From a virus: a DNA stretch of 64,000 nucleotides. The DNA lies in the IMG/VR virus record IMGVR_UViG_3300028569_000020, positions 30,543 through 94,542 of that record. One strand, 5' to 3'. Below are positions 47,290 through 57,342 of the stretch, piece after piece; the stretch's first letter is position 1, and the number at the start of each line of letters is the position of its first letter. The translations under genes and the position numbers were made by a program. Below the pieces are notes generated by a model. It made no database searches. It was not told the DNA's origin and saw only the letters and a program-made list of their open reading frames with translations.

Positions 47290-49768
47290 GAATATTGAGC
47301 AAGTAGGCAATAAAATTTTAATTCGTGCTCAGGAAAACGGCACAGATGTAATGTATAGAGAGGAGTTTAATCCCTCTCTTTTTGTTTCTTCAGACAAAGA
47401 ATCAGATTATAAAAGTCTTGATGGTAGAAACCTACGTCGTATACAACCTGGCACTATTGCTGATTGCAGACAATTTGTTAATCAATACGAAGGAGTTGAA
47501 GAATTTGAAATTCATGGAAATACTAGGTATTTGTATCAATATATAAATGAAAAATATCCAAGTGATGAGATCAAATATGATTCTTCTTTAATCCGAGTAT
47601 TCACACTTGATATTGAAACAGGTGCTGAAAATGGATTTCCAAATATCGAAACTGCAGATCAAGAGATTCTGCTTATTTCTTTACGTGATTCTTTTACAAA
47701 TCGTATTGTTGTCTGGGGATCAAAAAGCTTTACGAATGAAGATAAACAAGTTGATTACATGCATTGTGACAACGAAATAAAACTTCTTTCTTGCTTTCTC
47801 AAATGGTGGCAGGAAAATACACCTGATGTTGTAACTGGTTGGAATATACAACTATTTGATATTCCATACATCTGCAATCGCATGAATCGTATTCTTGGAG
47901 AAAAACATACGAAATTACTTTCTCCTTGGAAATTAGTTTCTGGTCGTGAAATTTATATCAAGGGGCGTAAAAACTTTGCGTATGATATTACAGGTGTTGC
48001 TTGTTTAGATTATCTTGAGTTGTATAAGAAGTTTACTTATACCAATCAAGAGTCATATCGTCTCGATCATATTGCTTCTGTAGAACTTGATGCTAAGAAA
48101 CTTGATCACTCTGAGTTTGATACCTTTAAGGAATTCTATACTAAAGATTGGGATAAGTTTGTTAAGTATAATATAATTGACGTGCGTCTTGTAGATCAGT
48201 TAGAAGATAAAATGAAGTTGATTGAGCTTGCGTTTACTATGGCATATGATGCCAAGGTAAATTATGAGGATGTATATTCTCAGGTGCGTATGTGGGATAA
48301 TATTATCTACATCTATCTTGATAAGATGAAGATTGCTATTCCACCAAAACATCAATCTTCAAAAAACGCTCAGTATGCTGGTGCTTACGTTAAAGAACCA
48401 GTGCCTGGTATGTATGACTGGGTAGTTTCGTTTGACCTTAACTCTCTATATCCGCATTTGATTATGCAGTATAATCTTTCTCCTGAGACGCTGCTGCCTC
48501 ACCGCAGTAGCGTCAACGTGGATATGCTACTGGATAAAGCGTTTGATACTTCAGACCTCTCAGGGGAGACCCTGTGTGCCAACGGGACGCACTACACCAC
48601 CAAGCACGAAGGGTTTCTTCCCAAGCTGATGAAGAAGATATACGAAGATCGCACCATCTATAAAAAGAAGATGCTTGCTGCTAAACAGCAGTATGAAAAC
48701 AAACCAACGATTGAGTTGAAGAAAGAGATTTCTCGTTGTAACAACATTCAGATGGCACGTAAGATTCAACTCAACTCTGCCTATGGCGCGATTGGTAACG
48801 AGCACTTTCGTTATTACAAACTTGAAATCGCTGAAGCAATCACACTATCAGGTCAGCTTGCTATTCGCTGGATTGGTAATAAGATGAATGCTTATCTGAA
48901 TAAGATTCTAAAAACAAAAGGTGCTGACTATGTTATTGCTTCTGACACTGATTCTATGTATCTTAATCTGGGTCCTTTGGTTGACAAGATATACAAAGGC
49001 AGAGAGAAAACTCCTGAAGGCATTGTCTCGTTCCTTGATAAGATCTGTGCTGTGGAACTTGAAAAGTATATTGAAGATTCTTACAAAGAATTGGCAGAAT
49101 ACCTCAACGCCTACGCACAGATGATGACAATGAAGCGAGAGAATATTGCCGAGCGTGGTTTCTGGACCGCCAAGAAACGCTATGTTCTTAACGTATGGGA
49201 TAGTGAAGGTGTGCGTTATAACGCAGCAAAGATGAAAATCTGTGGTATGGAAACCGCAAGGTCTTCCACTCCTTCTTACTTTAGAGACAAGCTGATACAA
49301 GCATACACAATTATCATTACAAAAACAAATGATGAGTTGATTGAGTTTATCGATAACATCAAAGATGACACTAAAGACCAGAACTATCTCAACATTGCTT
49401 TTCCTCGTGGTTGTAATGGGTTACAAAAATATAAAAAAAATAATGGTGTCTATGCTAAAGGTTGCCCTATTCAGGTGCGTGGTGCTTTGCTGTATAACTA
49501 TCATATAAAAAATAAAAACTTAGAGCACAAGTATCCGTTGATTCAAGAAGGAGAAAAAATTAAATTTTTGTATTTAAAAACGCCAAATCCTATTGGAGAA
49601 AATACTATTGCTTTTTTTCAAAGACTTCCTAATGAGTTTAATTTGGAGAAGTATGTTGATTACTCCACACAGTTTGAAAAATCATTTCTCGAACCACTGA
49701 AAACTGTGCTAGAATGTATTGGATGGCAATACGAACGTCGTGGTTCGCTTACAAGTTTCTTTAGTTGA
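47276..49768 (+). CDS. gp43: Family B DNA polymerase gp43
   Basis: Exo DIE; SFDLNSLYP; KIQLNSAYG; SDTDS; KKRY. Confidence 0.98.
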   Translation: MKFYKNIEQVGNKILIRAQENGTDVMYREEFNPSLFVSSDKESDYKSLDGRNLRRIQPGTIADCRQFVNQYEGVEEFEIHGNTRYLYQYINEKYPSDEIKYDSSLIRVFTLDIETGAENGFPNIETADQEILLISLRDSFTNRIVVWGSKSFTNEDKQVDYMHCDNEIKLLSCFLKWWQENTPDVVTGWNIQLFDIPYICNRMNRILGEKHTKLLSPWKLVSGREIYIKGRKNFAYDITGVACLDYLELYKKFTYTNQESYRLDHIASVELDAKKLDHSEFDTFKEFYTKDWDKFVKYNIIDVRLVDQLEDKMKLIELAFTMAYDAKVNYEDVYSQVRMWDNIIYIYLDKMKIAIPPKHQSSKNAQYAGAYVKEPVPGMYDWVVSFDLNSLYPHLIMQYNLSPETLLPHRSSVNVDMLLDKAFDTSDLSGETLCANGTHYTTKHEGFLPKLMKKIYEDRTIYKKKMLAAKQQYENKPTIELKKEISRCNNIQMARKIQLNSAYGAIGNEHFRYYKLEIAEAITLSGQLAIRWIGNKMNAYLNKILKTKGADYVIASDTDSMYLNLGPLVDKIYKGREKTPEGIVSFLDKICAVELEKYIEDSYKELAEYLNAYAQMMTMKRENIAERGFWTAKKRYVLNVWDSEGVRYNAAKMKICGMETARSSTPSYFRDKLIQAYTIIITKTNDELIEFIDNIKDDTKDQNYLNIAFPRGCNGLQKYKKNNGVYAKGCPIQVRGALLYNYHIKNKNLEHKYPLIQEGEKIKFLYLKTPNPIGENTIAFFQRLPNEFNLEKYVDYSTQFEKSFLEPLKTVLECIGWQYERRGSLTSFFS

Positions 49769-49774
49769 GGTATT

Positions 49775-50782
49775 ATGAGTTTTTTACAATCTGTTATTAA
49801 GGAGTTAGATAATGAACACGCAAATATAGTTGAAGATTCTATTGTATGCAAAACATTTGTGGACACTGGCAGTTACATACTGAATGCTCTTATTAGCGGA
49901 AGTATCTTTGGTGGGTTACCATCAAATAAAATTACTGCTTTAGCAGGAGAATCAGGCACAGGTAAAACATTCTTTGCTCTATCACTTGTTAAAAACTTTC
50001 TTGATACTAATCCAGAAGCGCAAGTAATATATTTTGAATCAGAATCAGCTATTGAAAAAGATATGTTGTCTGAGCGTGGTATTGATATCAAACGAGTTGG
50101 GTTGGTGCCTGTTACCACAGTACAAGAGTTTCGCACTCAGAGTATCAAAGTAGTAGATCAGTATATGAAACTTAAGAAGGAGGCTAGACCTCCATTGCTT
50201 TTTGTGCTAGACTCTTTGGGAATGCTGTCAACTACCAAAGAAGTGCAGGATGCTACTGATGGTAAAGAAACTCGTGACATGACTCGTGCTCAGGTTATCA
50301 AATCTATCTTTAGAATCCTATCACTTAAACTAGGTCAAGCTGAGATTCCACTGATTGTTACTAATCATACATATGAAGTAGTCGGTGCTTATGTGCCAAC
50401 CAAAGAAATGGGCGGCGGCAGTGGTCTGAAGTATTCTGCTTCTAGTATTCTTTTCCTTTCTAAAAAGAAAGAGAAAGATGGCACTGAAGTTATCGGTAAC
50501 ATCATCAAAGTCAAGGCACAGAAGTCACGCTTCACCAAAGAAAACTCGTTAATAGAAACAAGGTTATATTATGATTCACGAGGTCTTGATAAGTATTATG
50601 GATTATTAGAGTTGGGTGAGAAGCATGGAGTATTTGAGAGAGTAGGTAATCGTATTAAAGTTGGTGAGGCTAATGTATATCCTTCAGTCATTTATAAAGA
50701 ACCTGAAAAATATTTCACTCCAGAAATCTTACAAGCATTAGATGAATGTGCCAAGAAAGAGTTTTTGTATGGTAGTGAATAA
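49775..50782 (+). CDS. uvsX: RecA-like recombinase UvsX
   Basis: GESGTGKT; LDSLGML; DMTRA; MGGGSGLKY. Confidence 0.96.
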   Translation: MSFLQSVIKELDNEHANIVEDSIVCKTFVDTGSYILNALISGSIFGGLPSNKITALAGESGTGKTFFALSLVKNFLDTNPEAQVIYFESESAIEKDMLSERGIDIKRVGLVPVTTVQEFRTQSIKVVDQYMKLKKEARPPLLFVLDSLGMLSTTKEVQDATDGKETRDMTRAQVIKSIFRILSLKLGQAEIPLIVTNHTYEVVGAYVPTKEMGGGSGLKYSASSILFLSKKKEKDGTEVIGNIIKVKAQKSRFTKENSLIETRLYYDSRGLDKYYGLLELGEKHGVFERVGNRIKVGEANVYPSVIYKEPEKYFTPEILQALDECAKKEFLYGSE

Positions 50783-52158
50783 TGAGTGAAAGAATCGAAA
50801 CAACAATTCTGCGTAATCTTCTCTGCAACGAACCGTTTTATAGAAAGGTTGTTCCTTTTGTAAAACCAGATTACTTCAATGAGATACACGAAAAGATAAT
50901 TTACGAAGAGGTTTGGAATTTTGCGAATAACTATGAGATGCTACCAACAGCAGAAGTTCTTATTATTAATTTAGAAAGCAGGAAAGATTTAAATGAAGAA
51001 GTATATCAAAATGCTGTTAAGACGATTCAAGGTCTTACCAATGCTCCAGTCGAACACAACTGGTTGCTTGACACCACAGAAAAGTGGTGTAAAGACAGAG
51101 CCATCTATCTCGCACTCTTGGAGTCTATCAAAATCGCAGATGGAGGCGATAGCAAAGTTTCACCAGATGCGATCCCCGCCATACTCCAAGAGGCCCTGGC
51201 AGTATCTTTCGACGAACATGTAGGGCATGACTACGTACAAAATGCAGAAGAAAGATATGAATTTTATCATTTAAAAGAATCTAAAATACCTTTTGATTTA
51301 GAAAAATTTAATTCTATCACAAAGGGTGGTATTCCCAATAAAACATTAAACGTTGTGCTTGCTGGCACTGGTGTTGGTAAGTCATTGTTTATGTGCCATT
51401 GTGCTGCCAGTTGTTTACAACAAGGCAAAAATGTTTTATACATTACTCTTGAAATGGCAGAAGAAAAAATTGCTGAGCGGATTGATGCTAATCTGTTGAA
51501 TGTAAATATTAAAGATATTGGTGATATACCAGAAAGTATCTTTACTTCTCGTATTCGTGAAATTGGTAAGAAAACACAAGGCCGTCTTATCATTAAAGAA
51601 TATCCAACCGCTGCAGCTCATGCGGGTCATTTTAAAGGATTACTAAATGAATTGTCATTAAAGAAATCATTTAAACCTGATATTATTTTTATCGATTATT
51701 TAAACATCTGCTCTTCGTCTAGATACAAAGGCGCTATTGTAAACTCATACACATATGTCAAGGCGATTGCAGAAGAACTTAGAGGAATGGCAGTCGAACA
51801 CAACGTGCCCATTGTCACTGCCACACAAACCACTAGGAGTGGTTTTGGTAATAGCGATGTCGATCTCACTGATACCAGTGAATCTTTTGGCTTGCCAGCT
51901 ACTGCTGACTTTATGTTTGCTCTCATCTCTACAGAGGATCTGGAAAAAAATGGTCACATTTTAGTTAAACAATTAAAAAATCGTTATAACGATCCTACCT
52001 TCAATAAAAGATTTTTGATTGGAGTTGACAGATCCAAGATGAAGTTGTATAATGTAGATGTTGCTGATACATCTTCGATTATTATTGATGATGAAGAATA
52101 TGAAGAGCAACCAAAAGCAAAAAACAAATTTAGCAAGTTTACCGAATTTATTGTATGA
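50782..52158 (+). CDS. gp41: Replicative helicase gp41
   Basis: AGTGVGKS; TLEMAEE; IDYLNI; SESFGLPATAD; KQLKNRY. Confidence 0.97.
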   Translation: MSERIETTILRNLLCNEPFYRKVVPFVKPDYFNEIHEKIIYEEVWNFANNYEMLPTAEVLIINLESRKDLNEEVYQNAVKTIQGLTNAPVEHNWLLDTTEKWCKDRAIYLALLESIKIADGGDSKVSPDAIPAILQEALAVSFDEHVGHDYVQNAEERYEFYHLKESKIPFDLEKFNSITKGGIPNKTLNVVLAGTGVGKSLFMCHCAASCLQQGKNVLYITLEMAEEKIAERIDANLLNVNIKDIGDIPESIFTSRIREIGKKTQGRLIIKEYPTAAAHAGHFKGLLNELSLKKSFKPDIIFIDYLNICSSSRYKGAIVNSYTYVKAIAEELRGMAVEHNVPIVTATQTTRSGFGNSDVDLTDTSESFGLPATADFMFALISTEDLEKNGHILVKQLKNRYNDPTFNKRFLIGVDRSKMKLYNVDVADTSSIIIDDEEYEEQPKAKNKFSKFTEFIV

Positions 52159-52565
52159 CAAAGCAAATCGATCTAGATAAGTATACTCAGTTTGTGGATA
52201 GCACTACAAGTTATCCATCTAAAAGCAACGAAGAAATGATTGCTCGTATACAGCAACTAAACGAACGCGATGTTCCTATTGCTCGTCTTATGACTGCTGC
52301 TGTGGGGATGTCTGCTGAAGCAGGAGAGTTTACTGAGATTATTAAGAAGTTAGTTTTTCAAGGTAAAGAATTGACAGAAGAAAATAGAATTCATTTACTT
52401 AAAGAATTAGGTGATGTGTATTGGTATTTCACTCAAGCGATGCTAGGACTGGAGGTTGATTTGAATGAAGTGGTATTAACGAATGTTACAAAACTTTCTG
52501 CACGATATCCTGATGGTGCTTTCGACGTATTCCGTTCGGAAAACCGTGCAGACGGAGACATTTGA
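52155..52565 (+). CDS. mazG: MazG-like NTP pyrophosphohydrolase
   Basis: AEAGEFTEIIKK...ELGDV.WY...N..KL..RYP. Confidence 0.92.
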   Translation: MTKQIDLDKYTQFVDSTTSYPSKSNEEMIARIQQLNERDVPIARLMTAAVGMSAEAGEFTEIIKKLVFQGKELTEENRIHLLKELGDVYWYFTQAMLGLEVDLNEVVLTNVTKLSARYPDGAFDVFRSENRADGDI

Positions 52566-52575
52566 TGCTATAATG

Positions 52576-52608
52576 GGGGTAACCTAAATAGAGGACAACC
52601 CCTTTTTT
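52576..52608 (+). terminator. Hairpin/terminator with late motif CTAAATA in its loop
   Basis: GGGGT..CCT-AAATAG-AGG..ACCCC-TTTTTT; preceded by TGCTATAAT. Confidence 0.55.
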
Positions 52609-52613
52609 CGTAG

Positions 52614-54389
52614 ATGGCTCAACAGAATAAACACCTAGAGCACTTAGAAGACGAGTTAATCAATTTTGGTTATAGCGGATATGTAGCTTCTAAGGACCTC
52701 ATACAGAATTTCATTGACGAGCTTGGTGGCCGTCCTACTGGTCGTGTGACCGTTACCACCAAGTGGGATGGCGCCCCTGCTATTGTTTGTGGTATTGATC
52801 CAGAATCCAAACAGTTTTTTGTAGGCACCAAGTCAGTATTTAATAAGAAAGAACCGAAGGTAAACTTCACTGACGAAGATATTGAAAAAAATCATGGAGA
52901 GATACCTGACCTTGCTAAGAAGCTTAAGCAATGTTTAAAGTATTTTCCAGAGCTTAAAATAAAAGGAGTGATACAGGGAGACCTTCTTTTTACTGATGAA
53001 GATGTAGCAAGTAAAACTATTGATGGGGAGCGTTACCATACTGCTACGCCAAACACGCTAACCTATGCTTGGCCTGCTGATAGCAAGTTAGGTAAGGCAG
53101 TAAATTCTGCTAAGATTGGAGCAGTGTTTCATACTTATTATAGTGGAGCTGGTCCTATCAATAATATGAATGCTGGATTTGGCGTGAGTCAGTTAAACCT
53201 GAAATCCACTCGTCATGTGTTTTTAGCATCTGCTACGATGGATAACATCAGTGCTAACTCTGGATTAACTCCTGCTGAAGAGCGCACCTTAAAATCTGTT
53301 ATCTCTGTAGGAAATCGTAATGTTGATACTGCTAAACCTTTTCTTGAATTGGTAGCACAGGAAGCAACTAAGCAGTTTACGATAGGATATACGATGAAGC
53401 GGTTTACTAACAGCTACATCAAAGAAGGAAAGAAGATTAATAATGTTAATCGTTTTATGGAGGGATTTGAAAAGGCATTTAAAAAATCTCTCGTTGAAAA
53501 AGTAGATGATTTAAAGTCTGAAAAATCTAAGAATGAATACCGAGAAAAGCTAGCGAATGGTCTTCAATTACTTGGAGCAAATCAGCGGTCGTTTAAGGCA
53601 TTCATTGTTATCTACAATTCATTTACTAACGCTAAAAATCTTATTAACAATAAACTTGCTGGTCTGAGTGACACTAAAGTATTTCTGCGTAGTGGTGATA
53701 CTTTTGTAGTTACCAAACCAGAAGGATTTGTGGCGATTGTTGACGGTCAAGCAATTAAAATTGTTGATCGCTTGGAATTTTCTCGTGCTAACTTCACGCT
53801 GGAGAAGTCTTGGAAACCTCCTACTACTTCTGGTGCTAAGATTGCTGCGTTTACTTTTGGTCGTTTTAATCCTCCTACGACGGGACATGAGTTATTGATA
53901 AATAAAGTCAAGGAGTTTGCCGCTGGGAATGACTACTTTGTTTTTCCTAGTCATACTACTGACAAGAAAGGTAAGAATCCTTTGACCGCAGAGCAAAAAG
54001 TATATCTTATGAAAGAGATGTTTCCTTCTCATAAGGATAACATCATTTTAGATGAAGCTATTCGTGACGCTATCAAAGCTCTCAAGTGGCTTGAAGATAA
54101 AGGATATACCGATGCTATCTTTGTAGTTGGTTCTGATCGTGTGACCGCATTTCAATTTATCAAACAATATAATGGTAAAGATTACAATATGAATACTGTT
54201 GAGATTAGAAGTGCTGGTGAGCGTGATCCAGATGCCGATGATGTATCTGGTATGTCTGCAAGCAAGATGAGAAAGGCAATCGTTGAAGCAGATATGGTAA
54301 CTTTTGAGAGTGGATTGTCAAGCAGTGTTAAAAATAATAGTGAATTTAAGACGATGTATTATCAAGCAGTGTTGGGGGGAATGTCCTAA
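52614..54389 (+). CDS. Fusion protein: KxDG ligase-like nucleotidyltransferase domain plus HxGH cytidylyltransferase/NMNAT-like domain
   Basis: N-terminal part TKWDGAP, QGDLLF, PEGFV, AIKIVD; C-terminal part FGRFNPPTTGH, VVGSDR, MSASKMR. Confidence 0.7.
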   Translation: MAQQNKHLEHLEDELINFGYSGYVASKDLIQNFIDELGGRPTGRVTVTTKWDGAPAIVCGIDPESKQFFVGTKSVFNKKEPKVNFTDEDIEKNHGEIPDLAKKLKQCLKYFPELKIKGVIQGDLLFTDEDVASKTIDGERYHTATPNTLTYAWPADSKLGKAVNSAKIGAVFHTYYSGAGPINNMNAGFGVSQLNLKSTRHVFLASATMDNISANSGLTPAEERTLKSVISVGNRNVDTAKPFLELVAQEATKQFTIGYTMKRFTNSYIKEGKKINNVNRFMEGFEKAFKKSLVEKVDDLKSEKSKNEYREKLANGLQLLGANQRSFKAFIVIYNSFTNAKNLINNKLAGLSDTKVFLRSGDTFVVTKPEGFVAIVDGQAIKIVDRLEFSRANFTLEKSWKPPTTSGAKIAAFTFGRFNPPTTGHELLINKVKEFAAGNDYFVFPSHTTDKKGKNPLTAEQKVYLMKEMFPSHKDNIILDEAIRDAIKALKWLEDKGYTDAIFVVGSDRVTAFQFIKQYNGKDYNMNTVEIRSAGERDPDADDVSGMSASKMRKAIVEADMVTFESGLSSSVKNNSEFKTMYYQAVLGGMS

Positions 54390-56161
54390 TGTCACAATTT
54401 AATTTAAGAAAAGAAACAAGAGATGTTTCTAATTTTATAGATATGGATATTGTAGCATTAAAGTTTAGGCGTATTCATGGAATGATTCGTGTAGCTGCTG
54501 CTAATGCATTCAATAGTCATTATGGAGAAGTAAAAGGATTTGAATATGAAATTGAAGGTGGTGACGGTATAACAGATTCCTCACCTATATTAGAAATTAA
54601 TAAAAAATTTGAAGGTGGCAGATCAACATCTTTGAAATATAAAATTACTTGTGATAATGGAATTCCAGAGTATTGTGATTTGTATTTTAGAACGCCGAGA
54701 GCAGATTTCATTAATCATATGATTTCCTTTATCAATAAAAGAAATGATTTGAAGAATGCAGTTGGTATTACAAACGTGGAATTGAAGACAGAAGATGGGG
54801 GCAAAAATCCTACTTTGTTTATTAAAATGTTACACAGCTATCCTGGATTGGATAAGAAAGGGAAAAAAGTTACCAAGTATTCAACTATCAATTTAAACTT
54901 TTCTCTTAAGTATGCTGGGAAAGATAATAATGCTAAGGCACTTGCCACACTTAAACCAAAGGATGTTGAACCTAAAATTGTTGATGTTTGGTTGACTCCA
55001 GAATTGTTGTATGATAATATAATATCTTATGTTGATGGCAATAAATTTCCATCACAAAGCAATTCATTAAAACAATCTTATAAGAATATTATTATTGATG
55101 CGTATACTAATAAATCTTTGAAAGATAAAGTTGGTATAGCGGCAGATTTATCTTCAGAATTTTTTGAAGTATTATCTGCATTGAAATTAAGTATGCTATT
55201 GAAAGCAAATGTCACAGAATTAAAACAAACACTTGGATTGTCAGATGATGAGACAGTCAAATCAATAGAAGTTAAAATACCAGCAGCAGCAAACGAAGCA
55301 TTGATAGATTATTTTGTTGCAGTGAATGGTAACAAGGAGCATCCATTGCGGATAAGCGTCAAATCAAAAGTGCGGGGATCTTCAACTTCTACAGTTAAAT
55401 TTACAACCGCTTTTGTAAATGAAAGAGAAGTATTACAATGGTTTAATAATATTAAATCAACAGTAACAAAAAATAAACAACTTGGTCAATATACCATTGC
55501 TTCATCTGCTTTGAATTATGATAAAAAGTATTCTGGTAGATTAACAATGTATCCTATCAAAGGATTGCTTCGTCTTTTAACTGGACCTAAATCATCTACA
55601 GTAAGACAAGATTTAAACAGAGTTTTAGATTTGAAAGGATTTACTATTTCTGATTTTATTGATTTACTTAAAAAGACAGATAAAAAAATGGGCACACTAA
55701 AAGTAAATTACGAACCATTTGATAATATTTTTTTAAAAGATTTAGATTTACTAACTAAAGTTAAAACATTACTGGCGCTTAACATTTATGATGAAGGGAG
55801 CAAGAAAAAAAAATTGATTGAATCAATATCATTATCGCAGAAAGAAGCTGCTAAAAAAAATAATGGCAAGTATCCTTTCGCTGTAAATAATTTAGCTTTA
55901 CTATGCGAAAGAGTGCTGGTAGAAACTTCAAAGAAAGACGGACAAACTAAATTAAATTTTTATAAAATGTTTTATGACCAAGTGCTTACAAAAAATCAAG
56001 TAGCATATGCTATGACAAGTAGAGACACTAAAGGTGACGTAGTAAAATTAGAATACTCATTTGTTAGTGCAGTTGACTTTGGTAAATATAAAAACTGGAT
56101 TGCACTAAGAAGTAAAAATTATGGCAACAATATGCAAGACGCACTAGGAATGGCAGTATGA
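54389..56161 (+). CDS. Large basic hypothetical, probable PD-(D/E)xK nuclease fold
   Basis: EFFEVLS...IPAAANEALID...ISVK; Lys-rich; TAATG-coupled to the previous gene. Confidence 0.5.
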   Translation: MSQFNLRKETRDVSNFIDMDIVALKFRRIHGMIRVAAANAFNSHYGEVKGFEYEIEGGDGITDSSPILEINKKFEGGRSTSLKYKITCDNGIPEYCDLYFRTPRADFINHMISFINKRNDLKNAVGITNVELKTEDGGKNPTLFIKMLHSYPGLDKKGKKVTKYSTINLNFSLKYAGKDNNAKALATLKPKDVEPKIVDVWLTPELLYDNIISYVDGNKFPSQSNSLKQSYKNIIIDAYTNKSLKDKVGIAADLSSEFFEVLSALKLSMLLKANVTELKQTLGLSDDETVKSIEVKIPAAANEALIDYFVAVNGNKEHPLRISVKSKVRGSSTSTVKFTTAFVNEREVLQWFNNIKSTVTKNKQLGQYTIASSALNYDKKYSGRLTMYPIKGLLRLLTGPKSSTVRQDLNRVLDLKGFTISDFIDLLKKTDKKMGTLKVNYEPFDNIFLKDLDLLTKVKTLLALNIYDEGSKKKKLIESISLSQKEAAKKNNGKYPFAVNNLALLCERVLVETSKKDGQTKLNFYKMFYDQVLTKNQVAYAMTSRDTKGDVVKLEYSFVSAVDFGKYKNWIALRSKNYGNNMQDALGMAV

Positions 56162-56442
56162 AATCACTCAAAGAATTATTACAAATATCTAAACAGAAAG
56201 CATACATGCTCGGCAATATGTTTGCTGAAGGCGATATTATTAAAAACACAAACGGACAAGTAGGAAAGATTCATAGACGTGGAGTTAACTATGTTATTGC
56301 TGTCACTGAAGAAGGCGAGATGTTTAGAACTTGGGTGAAGGATATTAAAGAACATTGTGGGTGTGAAGAAAAAAAAGAAACTACAGCACAAGATACAATC
56401 AAGACATTTATAAATAAGAATAAAAGGCAGCCTAAAAAATGA
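56158..56442 (+). CDS. Small hypothetical (SH3/KOW-like G.IHRRGVNYVI...FR.W..DI.E)
   Basis: ATGA coupled; MKSLKEL N-terminus. Confidence 0.65.
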   Translation: MKSLKELLQISKQKAYMLGNMFAEGDIIKNTNGQVGKIHRRGVNYVIAVTEEGEMFRTWVKDIKEHCGCEEKKETTAQDTIKTFINKNKRQPKK

Positions 56443-57059
56443 AACCTCTTCACCACGATGATTACTCCAAAACATTAATGGAGAGAGCTATTGCTAATAT
56501 GACTGACATGTGGTCTTATGGCATAAACGAAGACGATAAAAAATGTTGCAATAAAACTGGTGCTGGTAGTTCATGCCCGATGCATGGAGATGCAGATTGC
56601 AATTCTTCTAAAAAAAATAGGAAAGAAGAATTTGAAATTTTAGAATATCATGAAATTGAAGTTGATGGGGAAACCATTATTATTGAAAAAACTAAAATGG
56701 ATGGCGTTGATGATAACGGATCTAAGACATGCTGGAAAGGATATAAGAAGCAAGGCACCAAAAGTAAAGGTGGTAAAGAAGTTAATAATTGTGTGAAATC
56801 TGGATACGAACCAGAAGGAGATACGATTGAAGAAAAGAAAGATATGCCTGGTGGTCAAGAGAAGATTGATGCTAACAAAAATGGTAAGGTAGACGCTCAT
56901 GACTTTGCAATTCTTCGCAATAAAAGAAGCAAAAAAACAGTAAAGGAAATGTGGGAGCTTGCTGTAGAAGCAAAAGCACAAATTGAAGTGATGCCCGAGT
57001 TAGATGATAAAGATCCAGCTAACGTAAAGAAGAAAGAAAAGAAAGAAAAAAGTTGTTAA
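56439..57059 (+). CDS. Modular Cys/Glu-rich hypothetical (possible processed head-internal protein)
   Basis: CNK..AG..CPMHG..DC; CWKGYK...NCV; YEPEG; DANKNGKVDAHDF; TATAAATA at 56409. Confidence 0.65.
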   Translation: MKPLHHDDYSKTLMERAIANMTDMWSYGINEDDKKCCNKTGAGSSCPMHGDADCNSSKKNRKEEFEILEYHEIEVDGETIIIEKTKMDGVDDNGSKTCWKGYKKQGTKSKGGKEVNNCVKSGYEPEGDTIEEKKDMPGGQEKIDANKNGKVDAHDFAILRNKRSKKTVKEMWELAVEAKAQIEVMPELDDKDPANVKKKEKKEKSC

Positions 57060-57108
57060 GATATCGAAATAATAAATAGAATCGGTCCACCCCATAACGG
57101 AGATTATT

Positions 57109-57288
57109 ATGTCTATCGCAATCGCATGGTTAGTTGCTAATCAAGCACTTGTAGCAACTGTATTATTTGCAGTTTCTGAAGCACTTGGTGCGAATTCAAA
57201 AATCAAGGCAAACGGTATTCTTTCACTTCTTATTATTCAGGGTCAAAAACTTCTGAAAGATAAAGGCGCAAAAGATTTTACCCCTTGA
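57109..57288 (+). CDS. 59-aa membrane protein in its own late transcription unit (holin-like candidate)
   Basis: MSIAIAWLVANQALVATVLFAVSEALGANSKIKANGILSLLIIQGQKLLKDKGAKDFTP; AATAAATA at 57071, GGAG RBS, terminator after it. Confidence 0.75.
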   Translation: MSIAIAWLVANQALVATVLFAVSEALGANSKIKANGILSLLIIQGQKLLKDKGAKDFTP

Positions 57289-57308
57289 TATTCGTCTAGC
57301 ATATATTG

Positions 57309-57342
57309 AGGGGATGCTTCGGCATCCCTTTTTTTATAAATA
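57309..57342 (+). terminator. Intrinsic terminator followed by late promoter TATAAATA (57335)
   Basis: GGGATGC-TTCG-GCATCCC-TTTTTTTT. Confidence 0.85.
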
